Shown here: positions 42,241 to 57,059 of the stretch, piece after piece
How the letters are laid out: each line of letters starts with the position of its first letter
How positions within the stretch are numbered: position 1 is the stretch's first letter
NCBI GenBank assembly: GCA_951406725.2
Contig: OX597835.1
Location: 45,508,001-45,572,000 of the forward strand
Length of the DNA: 64,000 bases
Direction of reading: 5' to 3'
Source of the DNA: Octopus vulgaris
Lineage: Eukaryota
Program-made: the position numbers and the translations under genes
Notes under the pieces: model-generated
What the model saw: only the letters and a program-made list of their open reading frames with translations
What the model was told of the DNA's origin: nothing
The model's database searches: none

Positions 42241-42830
42241 ACTGCATCACATTCCTTGATGTATGTTACTGTTCATGTATTTAAAGAGAAGATGGGAATA
42301 TTTAGAGAAAAGAAGGTGCAAAGAAAGAAAGAACTGTCAGCAAGCTACTTACAATTCCTTAGTGGACGCAACCTTGTAGCAGCGTTTATAGTTTAGGGTG
42401 TAATTCCATTAAAAATCTTGTACCAAACCCCTTAACTAAATATGCACAGGCTACTTTCCAGTTTCTCATTTTACCAACCCTAGCTTGAATACGCTTCACC
42501 GTGATGACACTGTCCTCCAGTATATTCATTCGTTTTAATTCTTTTTCCACTTCTTGGAACAACGGTGCCCAGCTGTTCTGTTTGACATTCTGCATCCAGA
42601 TCTTGCTCCAAAACGAAGTTACTTCTTTGAGGTCGGGAAACTCTGCTTCTTCCTTATCTCCTCCATCCAGATTCTTCTGGAACAGCTCCTGGTTTGCTCT
42701 AGAGATTTGAGCTTTTATACTGTCGACATATTGCGTCGTATCTGTTGACCTTAACTGCACTGGCTTTGATCTTTTGTTTTAACATATCCGGTATAGATAG
42801 AATACCCTTATCCGTATCCTTCTCTGTTGA
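42240..42830 (-). mobile_element. R4/Dong pre-RT fragment, inverted relative to its neighbour
   Basis: ORF 42386-42760 NQELFQKNL..PDLKEVTSFWSKIW..ITVKRIQ..KMRNWK..D/YLVKGF matches the region preceding RLE-LINE RT domains. Confidence 0.7.
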
Positions 42831-43441
42831 CGAGATTAACTACTCATTAGCGAAATCATTTTTCAATTGAACCGCAAGGTTTATCCCTTCGGGAAATAAG
42901 AAACATTAAAGACATCTTAATTGCAAATCCGTTTTAACTGTTAATTGATCAAGAAGCTGTTTCTCTTCTTAACAAAAAGCATTCATGAAAGGTTAGAAAT
43001 AAATACTGAGAATTAGAATTGTCTACCTACACTTAAGATATATCCGAGAACATAAAGCTTTATTGCTCACCCTGTCAACTGATGTTTTCTTCATTCTTCA
43101 TATATTTCTGTTTCGCAAATTCAAGAATGTACTTGCAATCAAAATACCAAATATATTCCTCACAGTGCAACTCCAAATTTTGCCTTTCAGCAATGATATT
43201 TTAAGATAATCTATTGGGCGTCATATAAAGGCTTTCCAAATTAATACATGGTATTCATCGTCCGAAAAATTTAACTGTTACGTTTATAGACTCATAGGAG
43301 TCACGTCAACAGGAAAAAATGTTTTGGTTGTTATTCATGAATATTCAAAATTTACGTTTGCAAATTAATTCATATGTATTCTAGGAATAACAATGTAATA
43401 ACATTGTTACTCTGTTATTAGTAACATGCAACGAAGATTCA

Positions 43442-43620
43442 CAGGGTGGACCAAAAGACCAATTCATCTATGTTCATTATTAAATTTACGGTACCTTAGC
43501 ACCATATGCACAATTTATATATATATGCTACGGGTAAAAATATTACAGTTTGTAATGTACAGGCAAAAATGTAATTAGAACAAATGTATTGAATTTTCAG
43601 ACCACTTTATGACTACCCTG
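43442..43620. mobile_element. Tc1/mariner-type MITE
   Basis: Imperfect TIRs cagggtggaccaaaag / ctttatgactaccctg; TA on the right flank, mutated (CA) on the left. Confidence 0.6.
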
Positions 43621-44199
43621 TATTTGCTGGTAGTAAAAGATCAGACCACTTCTACAACTGCTATGGTATGGAATTATTACGTACAGTTCAACCTAACATT
43701 GGATATGTCTTCTAGTCATGGCCTGCACTATATTAGTCATTGCTTGTATATTTCTTCATTCCAAAGCAACCGACGCTAAATGGTAGATTGGTTTGCAACA
43801 TACTGATATCATATATGCCAGTGCCATGTATTTGGGGGATTGAGAGCAGTCTATGGACAGACAATCTCTTCATTCCAAGGCCCCATGCATTTAACGTTAT
43901 TGTTTTCTGTATATATGATAATTACTGTCGGTCGTTAAAGCTATCACTGTGTGTGTCTATTTCTGTTCTCCCTCCCGCTTAATCATTGTTGGCCGATCTT
44001 TCCACGGGAAATAATCCTGCGTTTACCTGCAGTGGGGTCTGTAGGTATTTTTACGTAAAACTGGATATGATTTTCGTGAGCTACACCTTCTACACAGGCT
44101 GAAGCCACGTGGCATACGTTCCTCCCATTAGGCTGGGTCTACGCGCAATATGCCCCTACAGAATTTGGGTTCGCAATAGGATAAATCACTGCAAAACAA

Positions 44200-44470
44200 T
44201 GTCTTTTCCTCGAAAAGCTCTTCTCTATTTAACATCATCACAAAACAAATCAAAGAAAAAGATCCAATCACCTTGAAACGAAACCTAGATAATTTCTTCA
44301 AGGGATACAAGATAAGCCATCTATACCTGGATAGCCACCAATACCTGGATGCATCTTAGTCAACAACTCCCTACTTGAATGGGCCATAATATCACAAAAC
44401 CTTACATACAAATGACTTAACAGATCCTATCAAGTGGTGCTATTTAGTTAGACGTGGCCTGGACCAGACT
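44200..44470 (+). mobile_element. CR1/L2-like LINE 3' end related to 21829-22080
   Basis: LFNIITKQIKEKDPITLKRNLDNF..NNSLLEWA and the 3' UTR motif gtggtgctatt..gt..gac.tggcc shared with the other copy. Confidence 0.72.
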
Positions 44471-45402
44471 CCATTTCGGATATTCAGATTGTAGGGTGTA
44501 CAGTGTGATTTACAATATAACGAACCCACCCGATCAACATTGGGGAAGGGTAGAATTTGTTAGCCAATTATAAGTGTGATATAAAGATATTGACAATGCA
44601 AATGACTGCGCTTGATTTAAGCTTGCAAAACTCGGATGATAACAATTATTACAGATTATCGGCAGGTCTACATTTAAAACAATTAAATAGTTGGCATTAA
44701 CAACACAGTCTAGCGTCTAGTCAGGTCGCCCGGCTGACTAACGACTGTTACTCTGCCATCGTGTATGTATCCTTACTGTAAATGAGACGAAACCATTATT
44801 ATCATACGTATGTGCGTGTGTGAATGTGTGAGTGTGTGCGTGTATGACTGTGTGCCTCTGTGGGTTTGTGTGTGTGAGTGTGTGTGTGTGCGTGTGTGTG
44901 TATGCACATATAACTATGTACCTATATATGTTACAAGTACATTTTACGGTGGTGATAATTTCGCTCAGTCTCGAAGCAGTAAAAGAATCATGGCGTTGTC
45001 TGATGAGGCAGTATTTGGGCGGGAGAGGTCCTCACTGTGCAAAATATCATTACCAGTTGCTAATAATATGTTACGTTGGAGTTGAAGTATTTTTCTCTTT
45101 CCAGTGATAACACACAGGAAGAGTTACGCAGACAATACAAGATTTTGCCGTAGATATAAAGATAAAATAGCGATATTATACTTCTTACAAACTTAGAATC
45201 ATATAAGAGACTGGCGAAAATATATAGATAACAAATAAATATAAATGCGACATCTTAGCTCTGTAGTTGCTGCCGGCGTTCAGAAGGTGTTTTTTTTTTC
45301 TCTTTCTATTTATCCCGCCGTATAAACGTATACATGTATACGCGAGTGTGTGCAGAAATATGTGTGTATATGTATACGTATATGTATATGTATATGTATA
45401 TG

Positions 45403-45518
<116 letters not shown>

Positions 45519-47406
45519 CAGACAGATGCATAGATACATACATACATATGTATATATGTTACAATTTATGTATCTTTCCGGACATTATTTGTCAATGATC
45601 AGGAGAGAAGAATGAAGCGGTAGGGAGGTAAGCTGACAATTTTTCATGAACTGTTATTTGTCTGGTAAATCGCTTATGAAATCTATAAACAGAATAGACG
45701 CAGGTCATCAGAAGCATTTTGTTTTATAAGTAATTTCTTTCGTTTCCTTTATTTAACGTCACGTCTGTTTTAGAGTTATATCAGAATTTTATATTTTAGT
45801 CTTCGAATCTTTAGACCTATGCGCATTGTATTTACACGTAACTGCAATGGAATAGTAACTGCCCAATAGCATACAATATTAAGCTTTACGGCCCAAAATC
45901 TTCATTAAAGAATACGGTTGGCCATTCGTCTCCAGACGTACGGGTTTACTCATATTTGTATAAGCGAGGTTGCGTTTATCATTGTACTTCTACGTTTGAA
46001 GAAGACTGTGTTTAGAGTGATTGGTAATCGTTTTCCAAGATAAAATAAGGTTTGGGGATGAAGTATTAATTTGTATTTCCCTTTCAAATCTCTCAGACCA
46101 GTGCATAAGATTTTTTTTCTTTTAAGAAGTTGCAAGCGGTCGTTCAAAGATTTGAGGACACATGGATGCACATGATATTCCAAACAAGCTATATCAGAAA
46201 TATAGATTTGGAATTCCGGTCTGGTCAATAATTGCAATTCTTTCTACCTGGTTGATTCGAGAGAAAGAAGTAAGCGCTCAAATATCATATATGTCCTGTA
46301 AATTGTGAAATAAAAACGAAGCTTCAACTCCGTGTTTTACGCTACGATGAATAGCACACAAATTTCTCTTAAAGTTTTCATTATTCTCTTAAAATTTGGG
46401 AAATGTATGTGAGATAATGGCGATAGATACGATATGTAAGAAAATTAAAAAGAACTGGCTTTGCCGGAACGGTTTCATTGTAGATCTTATTCTGCCCGGG
46501 ATTAAGCAACAACACATCGTCATCTAATATGTTTGCAATGAACTTAATAATATCATCATCAATTGCAATCATTGTGCGTTTTTTTTGTATTTATTAAATA
46601 TTTCTTCTTTTCTAATATCGTTATTGTTGATGTTCTCTAGCCTCAACCTAGTCTTACATAAAAACCAAAAGGATATTTTGAAAGACATTCCAGACACGGT
46701 GATCCAGAAAACTGTTATATAGATATATGGTGATAGTGTCATCTTAACAAAAGGGTAAGACGTTGGTTGGTTGATAATTGTAGCTGTTAAAGTGAATGGT
46801 TTCAGGGACTCACACAATCTCGTTAGTGTTATTACTATATTGGGCAAAATACCATAGAAATAAGCACGCACAGAAAACACATATGGCTACCGGTGAAGGG
46901 GATCCTGTCGGCAGCGTGGGTGCTACATTTGAGAGAAGTGTTTCTGACCACTGACTCAAATTGGGTGATACATGGGTCTTCGTCGGTTTGTCAGATAGAA
47001 GGAAAATTCCAGAGAACATGTAAAGACGGAAGGAGCTGATAGTACGGAGAAAAAGCGCGTGTGTCGATGCATAGCCAACAATTACCTACCCGGAAATTAG
47101 ATTGAGAATGCAGATTTTGAAAGCAGGAGTGTGCTAATATGGCCATTGTGTGCGCGAGTGTGGGTGAGGCCATTTTCACGCCTGTGTTTGTACGCATCTG
47201 TTTTTGTGTGTAAGTAAGGGCGTGTGTGTGTCTGTGTGCATATGACTATGTGTGCATAGGTATGTGTATATGTGTGCGTATGTATGTGTTTGCATATGTT
47301 TGAGTGAGTATGAGTGTTTTGTACATTCGTACGTGTCGATATATGTAAGGAGCTTTTGTTATGTGCTTATGGTTATACGTATACGTTTGCGTGTATGTGT
47401 TTGTGT

Positions 47407-47448
<42 letters not shown>

Positions 47449-48987
47449 AGATGGAAATGTATGAGGTGTATGTGTGATGAGGGTTAAGTTGTACATGTAA
47501 GCGTGTAGAAGGGCGTGGATGTTATGTGGAGTGAGAAAATGAGGGGGGAAGTCTGAGAAAAGAAGAATGATATTAGTGAGTGAGAGAGAGAGAGATGTAT
47601 GCATGTGTGTGTGTGATATGGTTATTGGTAATATAATTGTACATATCTCTCTCTATCTAACTCCGTATGCACGAAATATCTTACCATATATTATACATCG
47701 TCATACCATGAACCTGCGATGTGCACCGCAACAAAACCATTGTGTTTTTCTAAGGACGTCTTTTTGATATTCGCCATGCACCGGGTTACACAAATATATC
47801 TTAGTCACACTCGACCGGAGAAATTCAGTGAACCGATAACTTGCTCGTTAGAAACTTATAACCGACGACGCCATAGTTCACCAAATCCTATATTAATTTC
47901 AACAAAAACCAAAACAATGGAACGAAAATAAATATCTTTGATATCCTAATGTAGTTTATTATAATATAATAATGCTGATCGTTTTGATATTATTTTGAAA
48001 TTTTCGTTGTTCGATTTTTCACAAAATGTACTCCCTATAGATTAGTGTCTGTTACTAGTGTTGAAGTATAAGTATTTGCTTAGGACAGTTTTTGTTGATC
48101 GAGCTTTTTTTACTTGTTGTATGTTTGTGTTATTTCTGGTTTGTTTTTGTTTCTTTTTTCCTAGTTTCATTCGCTGTGAGTTTATATAATCATTTTATAT
48201 AATCGTTAAAATGATTATTATTGTTTATTTATTCAGTTATTTTTGGCATTTTCCTTCTTTGATCGCACATTCCATCGACCAGTGATCACAACTTATTCAC
48301 TGTGAATTAACAGCAAGTTGTTGATGTAGGGTTTTTTTTCCCGATATTTGTTGATTTTTTAAAAATATTTTTCTGAGTTTTATTTTGCTTTTTAATCTAT
48401 TTAAAAAAAAAAATCATAAATAATGATGCTATAACGACAAGATTTACTATATTAAAAATTATTAGTGGTATGATGCGTAATAATATATGAAAGAGCAAAA
48501 TATAAAAAAATAATAAAAGAACAATTCAGGAACAGAAACGAACAAACGCACCCCCCCCATATTTTAAAGAATTATAATATAGAATATGTGCTGCCAGAAT
48601 GAGTAAAATAAACAAATAATAAAGCAAGTAATAAAATAATAAGAAACAAAAAGAGTGAAATGAAGAAAACAAATAATAAAGAAATATATAAATAAGCACG
48701 ATCGAGATTAAAAATCACTTGAATTTAAAATTAATCAACTTTGTGTTACAAGAAAGATATCGAGCTGAAATTTTAATTGAAAAAAAATTTATTGAACAAA
48801 TGAAAAAAGATTAAAGTATGATGGAGAGGAAAACAAAATTTTAATCAATCGATTATACCTATTTCCTACCTTTATTTTCGTTTTTTAGTTTTCTTTTCAT
48901 CAGTTTTATATAATTGTTATTCCTCCCCTTTATTTCTCCTTTCCATTATTCACGGCGGAATAATACATTCCCGTTGTTTTCCAATTC

Positions 48988-49033
<46 letters not shown>

Positions 49034-49284
49034 TACTTATTTATATATATGCGTGTGTGTGTATTTATGTATATATGTATATGTATGTTTATGTATATAT
49101 ATATATATATATGTATATGTATACATGTATGTATACATATGTATTTATATATATATATATATACTTATTTATATATATATATACGTTATTTATATATATT
49201 ATGCGTGTGTTTGTATTTATGTATATATGTCTATGTTTATGTATATATATATGCATACATATGTATATATATATACGTATATGG

Positions 49285-49316
<32 letters not shown>

Positions 49317-50047
49317 AAATTGTGTATATATGTGTGTGTATGTGTGTGGGGTGAGGAATAGAGGAACATTTTCGGTCCCGATTTATTCATTTTACATGGA
49401 AAATAACGCCAAAACTTCGAAGTTTCGGTTTGCGGGCCTTCATCAAACGGCCCTTCACTTTGCTTCGTTTCTTCGTAGATAAGGTTTAGGTGGGTGGAGT
49501 AATTTGAATCATAATTGGGGATAAATATTTTTAGAAAGTTTGCAAATAAAGAGGAGTGGAATAAAAATGTATGTTTGTAGGTCGTGAGTTAATAGAAAGA
49601 TGTAGTGGAAAGATTTATTTCGACCTGACTATGGAGGATTATTATCGTTTCGATGTCAGTGAGACGTGGAAGTTTTTGACAGATGTGTCATATTCGAGTA
49701 GCAACATCCATTGTTTATATGTTTTGAATTTGTTTCCTTTTTGTTGTTTTTGCTTTAAGAAATTATTATGATTTGCATACACCTGATCTGTTTACAAATT
49801 GAAGGTCAAGCCTGACAGCATCTTATACACAGAGACATCCAACATCAAACCAAAACAAACCTTACTTTCAGTTTTATCCCCCAAAATATCTTCTTACCAT
49901 AAAGTAGCCCCCATCTTACTTCGCAACAACGTACTCGGCCCTACTAAAAATGACACCTAATTAGTATACAAATTTATCCTTAAATCAGAAGCAGCCTCCG
50001 AAACAATGAAATAAAATGAAAAAGATGAAACAAAATCTCTTTCCATG

Positions 50048-50197
50048 TGTTGTGTGGACGCCCCCAGACGATGATGTAGGCTAGCCCAATACGTAGATAT
50101 AGAGGGAGAAGTCTAGGCGTCGGCAGAGAACAGTTGGGTAACAGTCAGAGAGAGAGTCGAGTTGAGTAGTAGAGAAATCCGAACGTGCGACATAACA
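50048..50197. mobile_element. Short solo LTR (150 bp)
   Basis: TGTTGTGT...ACATAACA inverted termini (7/8 match); 5-bp TSD CCATG at 50043-50047 and 50198-50202. Confidence 0.8.
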
Positions 50198-51576
50198 CCA
50201 TGAAATAGATGAAAGACAATGCCAAACTCCCTGTAAAAGTTATCAAAGATCTAATCTATCATTTTAATGTGAAACGTTTTTAATATATAACTTCACATAA
50301 ACATATTCAATTAAGAATTAAAATCAGCGCTTGTGTTGTAAACATTTCGACCGTACATACGCAAAATAAATATTTTTATGTTCACCGGTTCGCTGGGGTT
50401 AGAGGTCGCTGTGCAAAGACTACATCATAGCACGGGGTATTGAAATGCTGGAAAGTCATAGACAAATCGCCTGAAAATGATAAACATCTCGCTACCAGTC
50501 CAATCCATACCGATATTTTGGCAATTTTGCAGCTTATCAACATGACATGCTTGAATTGAACCGGGAACGAAACGAAACGCCAGTCTTCGACTATATACAA
50601 GTGTTATAAAAACTATTTGTAGGTAGGCGACGACGACACACACATAAGATTAAATTCAATTATGAATGAAAAGCAGTGCTAATATTGTATGCATTATCGA
50701 CAGCATATACGAAAGTGTTTTGCTTGTTCGCCGGTTCGCTGAATCATGGCGCTCTGGGGTCGTCTTCTTCACAGAACTGAGTATTAAAACACTTCAGATA
50801 TCGGCATCCATTACTTACATGTATACGTATAAATGCACATGCATATATGCCTATAAATGAACGTGCATGCGCATATGTATGCGTGCATATGTGTGTGTGT
50901 GTGTGCGCGCGTGTGCGTGTGTATGTGCGCGCTTGTTTGAGGAAGAGAGTCAGAGCGCAGTAATATCTTCTTCATAATTATTATGTAAAATTAATGGCGG
51001 AAATACCTCATTGCGTATGACTATGCTGCAATGATATTTATGTGAAAGAAGAAAAGATAAAAACGACAATATCAAACTGGAACCAATTTAAACTTTGCAG
51101 AATTTAAATAAAGAAATTATTCCTATCCATCTCTTCATGGACGATTCTTTCTTTATTTTTACTCAAATAGATTCGCGATTTTAATATTTTCGTTATCATT
51201 GTAAAATATTTATTCTCTTTACTTTCTTTTAAATTTACTTCATACATCTGTTCTTCAGTTTCTGTACATGTCTTTCTTTATGGAATTTGGTGTCCTTACA
51301 AGTTATTCTACATTCGTGTTTACGATACGGCAACTAATCGATTTATTTATAAATTCATTGAATTAATGTTTATATAAATTCAATAAAGCGTTATTGTGCA
51401 AAGAATTTTCACATGTTCCTCACTTTAATTTGAATATATGCAATATCATCCGAATTAGAAATTAAAATGTCAAATTAAAATATCAAAATAAAAGAATTAC
51501 TAACAGTCACTCGTAACAGATATTCTAGGTGTGTACCCATACAAAATATACACACGTATGCACACATCGCTATACA

Positions 51577-51649
<73 letters not shown>

Positions 51650-51656
51650 CTAGCCG

Positions 51657-51696
<40 letters not shown>

Positions 51697-51739
51697 GTAT
51701 GGGGATGTATCCGTAGGACGAGTGTAAATGTAATTATAC

Positions 51740-51801
<62 letters not shown>

Positions 51802-52062
51802 ATAGGTAGGTAGATATACATAGTACTTACCTAAATTCAAATGTACGCATGGCTGGATTGATGAGTATATGGGTGTATGTGTGTTTCCAAAAGTACATCA
51901 CTTATAGCGATGAAGAAGAGCTGTTTATGATATGATTCGTGAACTATTATTGCAAAAACAATAATTTCGTACTCGTGTGTTTATAAGATTATTGTACAGT
52001 CGACAATATACGCATACACACACACGCACAGACACACATACACACACACACACAAACACACG

Positions 52063-52095
<33 letters not shown>

Positions 52096-53860
52096 AGGAA
52101 AACTGAACATGGAGAACATGGTGTAAAACAATGTAATCGTCTCTTCAGGGAAGTGAAGAAATGAGAGTCATCAATAAGACATTTTAACAGAAAATGATGG
52201 ATATGTATAGTGATTTACTGAACACTATTAAGATTGTTTCAAAAACCGTTATAGGATATAACGTCAAAGGTAGTCTATAGAAAGAGGAGGGATAAAGGAA
52301 AGAAAAACTAAATAAATGAGAAATATAAAACTATATGTATATTGAATAAAACCATATAGACTTGGAAAAATATATATCTAGTGAATCTGAAATGTAAGAA
52401 GAAAATTAATGCTTAAATTATATATAATGATAGATATCACTTACATGAACTAACAGTGCGTTTCTGGCAATGTTTACATCTGTATGCACGTTCTATAAAC
52501 CTGTTTAGAAGGGGCTTGTTAGGAAAAAGAATAAAAATATTTAAGAATTACAGAGAAGACAGAATTCCTTACCTTTGTCACAAGGTATCGAGATTGAGAG
52601 AATCAATCAATCTAAATGAAATTGCTTATTGTCGCCTATTAGATCGCAAATTAATTTACTAAGCCCTGTACTGTTACGTTTATTCCTATCCCTAAATGTA
52701 GAGTAATGATTAGGATTTTTTTAGATTACTCAGATGTGCTTCCTATATAAAACTATACTTCATTATCGATAGTAATTTTACACTGGTATATAGAATTTTT
52801 AATTTTAGAGTTACTTGACATAAACCTAATTCTGTTGTAATTGATTTCAGATACAATAACTGTCTTATTAATATTTCTAAGGGAAGGTGTGGTATTAGCT
52901 AAATTAATGTTAGTATTAGTAAATGTATCAATATTTAACAGGTTATGTGAAGAGATAATTTGTAAGAGATTATTTTATTTTGGAAAAACCATTCCTAACC
53001 GTGTGTAAGTTGATAAAGAATTAACAAGGAAAAATATACAAGTCTCTCTCTCTATATATGTATATATATGCACAACACTAAGTTGTGCCTTTATAATATT
53101 TGTGCCTTTATAATATAGACATGGAGTTGTATGTTGTGTATATATATGTATGTAGACACCTATATATACATTAGCATATTGTATTAATAAATGAATATAT
53201 AAATTATAACTACGATTATTTAAAATTTTTTGAGAGATCTTATAATCGTTTCATGAATATATTACCTTTCGAAATGAGATCCAGAGTTGATAACCATTAT
53301 TACGAATTATATCCACTCATCAGAGAAAAGAATGAATTTCCGTGCAGGAAACCGAATGGTAGAGATGCTATTTAAAATCGTATTATAAATGTGTTGTCTA
53401 ACAAGTTATTGGTATTGATGTGTATTTCTAATAGATGTGTATTATCATATATACATTAGCATATATATCCTCATTTATATCTTGCCTGTATTTACAGGTA
53501 TATATGTAGTCCGTGTGTTTATTTCTGTAATTGGATTTTTTTTTATTATCAAGCGACTTATATTTCTTAATTAAATTTATTTTACCATTAATTAATTTAC
53601 TACGTGTATACATGTTTTTCAACTTCTAATTAAAGTTAATTTTGATTTAAGTTTTTCTTCGATCTGACACAAATATGATTTTTAATTGTTAAATTTTGTA
53701 AATTTTTAAAATTTATATTTTATGTATATCACCGGTTCTGAAGAAGACCATTAGCTGTAAGGACAAACGAAACGAAACCAATTTCTAAATGTTTGTCTGT
53801 AAATGTAAATTGCATCTATATAAACATAACAATTATTTTTTGTTCCATTCTTAACCAAAA

Positions 53861-53939
53861 CTGTCCTACGAACGGGAACGTGAAACACTGAGTAATAGTT
53901 TCTGTGAATATTTTTGCAGCTTTATTAATGAAGCATATT
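53861..53939 (+). mobile_element. Single diverged pLTR end with decayed hammerhead, related to 63068-63264
   Basis: ctgtc-ct(g)acga-acg(ggaa)cgt-gaaa-cactgag-ta-atag..gcagcttta..aagcatatt aligns with the 63.1-kb arms; abuts (TA)n. Confidence 0.65.
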
Positions 53940-53980
53940 TATATTTATATATATATATGTGTATACACACACACAGGCAC

Positions 53981-54016
<36 letters not shown>

Positions 54017-54715
54017 AAATATACATGCGCGTTTGTGTGTGTATATACATGTGCAAGCAGTTATGCATATATCAATGTATATATTTGTGTATACGCATTT
54101 ATAAAAGTGATTAAATCTACACTTGTATACACATACATTCATACAGATGCACTTTCTCTCTATCTCTCTCTCTCTCTCTCTCACATGTATACACCCGCAA
54201 AAAAGCTTATGTCCAATACGATGACCGCATTATAGTTACGAATCTACGAATATTCAAAGATAACTGAACGACAAAGATGTAGAATTATATTACCTTCTAG
54301 TGAAACCAAATGATCTGTAAATGTATCGATATATCGATATATTGATCTGCAGTTTCCTTCGGCATGCTGCAGGTTATAATATATAGTTAGATAATGGCAT
54401 GGCGATGTCGAAAGATCCTGGAAAATAGTCTTAAATTCTACCATTACATAAATGTACCATAAAGTGTCTTTTTAATGATCTGATTATTTAGAGCATTGGA
54501 GAAAATAAGTTGGATATTTAATGGTGTGCGTTCTGATTCTGAGGAGTCGAAATCGCTCTCTGCGTCAACGTTTAATTCCATCCTATCCAGCTGGTTTTTA
54601 TTTAAGTCCGATGTTTGATCTCCACATGCAGGAATTTGATGGAAACCGACTCAGACATAAGTAGCACATATAACTTGAAGAACAGTGCGACTGGGATTAT
54701 ACGATCACACACACA

Positions 54716-54788
<73 letters not shown>

Positions 54789-55559
54789 AACTCGCAATCT
54801 GATTTCCTACACTGGCATTTCAGGCGCCCATTTCTCGTGAGGATAACTAGAAGTAGCTAGTTACGTTACCTCATATAATTATGACATAACTAGCTCTCAT
54901 ATTATTCACTCTGTGTTTTCTCACTCTTCCTCTCTCTCTCTCTCATACTCACACAATCCCAGATATATGTGTGTGTGTGTGTGTATACATATGTGTGTGT
55001 GCATATATATATACATACGTATATATATATATATTTATATATATATATATATATATATGTATATACATATACATAGATACATAGATACATATATATTATT
55101 CATATATGCAAAATTACATATAGTACGTAGGTAATACTCAAATATAGCGTGGATATAATTATATAATAACGTGGGCGTTTGAGTTAGTACTGCAACATAA
55201 ACGCAACACTCTTGTAAAGATATTTACCATTTGTCCATGTACTTAACCGTTTATCGATATATCGACCTATATCTCATTTTCTTCTTTCTTTTCTGTCCCT
55301 ATGTATATATTTATCTTACTGTGTTTCTCCCTATACATTTGTCTATTTATTCGTATACACACACGGGTATATAAATATCGTAGATACGCATACGATGTGC
55401 ATTGCCGAGGTTTTGAGTCTTTTGCAAGGAAGGTACTTATAACTGTTCTTAACATAGATGTGATAAGCTGACCTTTTATTGTTTTCGATTAAAGGAGACG
55501 GGCTTTACAGCACTTTGAATACAGCCTGTTAGCCACAGCTTCTCAGAGTCGGCTAGTTG

Positions 55560-56050
55560 TCAGAATGCTGTCGAAGCATGAAGACTGTTCGCTTGCTATA
55601 TTATTATGTTTTGCTTTAGACTGAACTGACAGAAACACAGGAAATGCTGAAGACAGCTTATGGATTAACTCGCATGATTCAGGCATGTGTCTTTTGGTAG
55701 CACACGAGGTTCAAGCAGAATGGATACGGGAGAAGTGGGACCTCAGAGCATCAGTGTTGAGTGAGAAAATTTCTCGACCTTTTGAATGAAGGTCGTTGTG
55801 TTTCTATGAACACAATCGGCGTGCGTTTTGAAGTTAGTGAGTCCACTGTACAAAGTATTATAAAGGCAGATAAGAAGGTGCGAAAAGATTGTACAAAGTT
55901 CCTATCTAGAGTTCTCAGTGACAAGCATGTTATTAACCAACTACTTGGCAGAGAAAGGCATCAAAGTATTTCCGTCAGTGAACTTCGGTTGTTCTCCAAG
56001 CTGATGGAGAATCTCAGTGGTAGTCATTTTGAGAATACTCCTCACATACG
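55560..56050 (+). mobile_element. Decayed mariner transposase N-terminal fragment
   Basis: TETQEMLKTAYG; ORF 55761 ..VSMNTIGVRFEVSESTVQSII..VRK.CTKFLSRVLSD (second HTH and WVPxxL-equivalent). Confidence 0.68.
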
Positions 56051-56625
56051 GCACATCCCTCACGTACTGTGCCCTCCACAAATTCTGATTGCTTCTTTGC
56101 GTTAACATGTACCTTGCAACATTGTAGCCTTTAATCTGATCAAGATATTCTTGCTCTGAAGAGTAACCGGCGATAAACACCTCACGTGGATTTTACCACT
56201 TCTGAGATTCAACTCGCTATGAAATGTATGTAGCGCAGATTTCCCATACTCCATTCCGTAACTCTTGTATTCCTTTTCCCCCACTCGCCAACCCTAGTCG
56301 CCTACCAAGGAAATTAATTCTCTAAACGTCCGTCTCAATAAACCACTGTTGTTCCCGAAATATTAAAAACAAATTTACTACGGATCGCTCGAAGGTAACT
56401 TTCTCTTTCGATCATGAAACAGGGACAACTGAAGAAAGGGAATATATTATTATGTTGCATGCCTCATTTCCCTGTTTATTTTTTTCTTTGTTTGAAAAAA
56501 AGTTCGTTTCTATGTTTTCGTTTCTCATTGTGTTCAACGATTTTTTATGTCCTGTACCCATATATGTATATATATATATACATATAACATATACATGTAG
56601 GTATGTACATATATGTATGTATATA

Positions 56626-56699
<74 letters not shown>

Positions 56700-56711
56700 T
56701 AGATAGATACA

Positions 56712-56757
<46 letters not shown>

Positions 56758-56970
56758 GATATATATATGTATATATATATACATATACATATATATATAG
56801 AGAGAGAGAGCTAACCGAAGAGATGATGGTGTGGATTTCCACCTCGACATCCGAAACTCAGAGTTTTATCTTTGGTATTGAATAATTGTCACTTATTATT
56901 TTACAGATAAATTTCCTCTACATAATACTGAGGTATCTTTCTTTCTTTTGTTATCTTACCGTTTTTACCA

Positions 56971-57059
<89 letters not shown>

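Noticed and set aside
53734-53785. CTGAAGA..GAAAC as a second hammerhead
   Set aside because: Stem II and stem III pairing and an NUH site could not be built convincingly.
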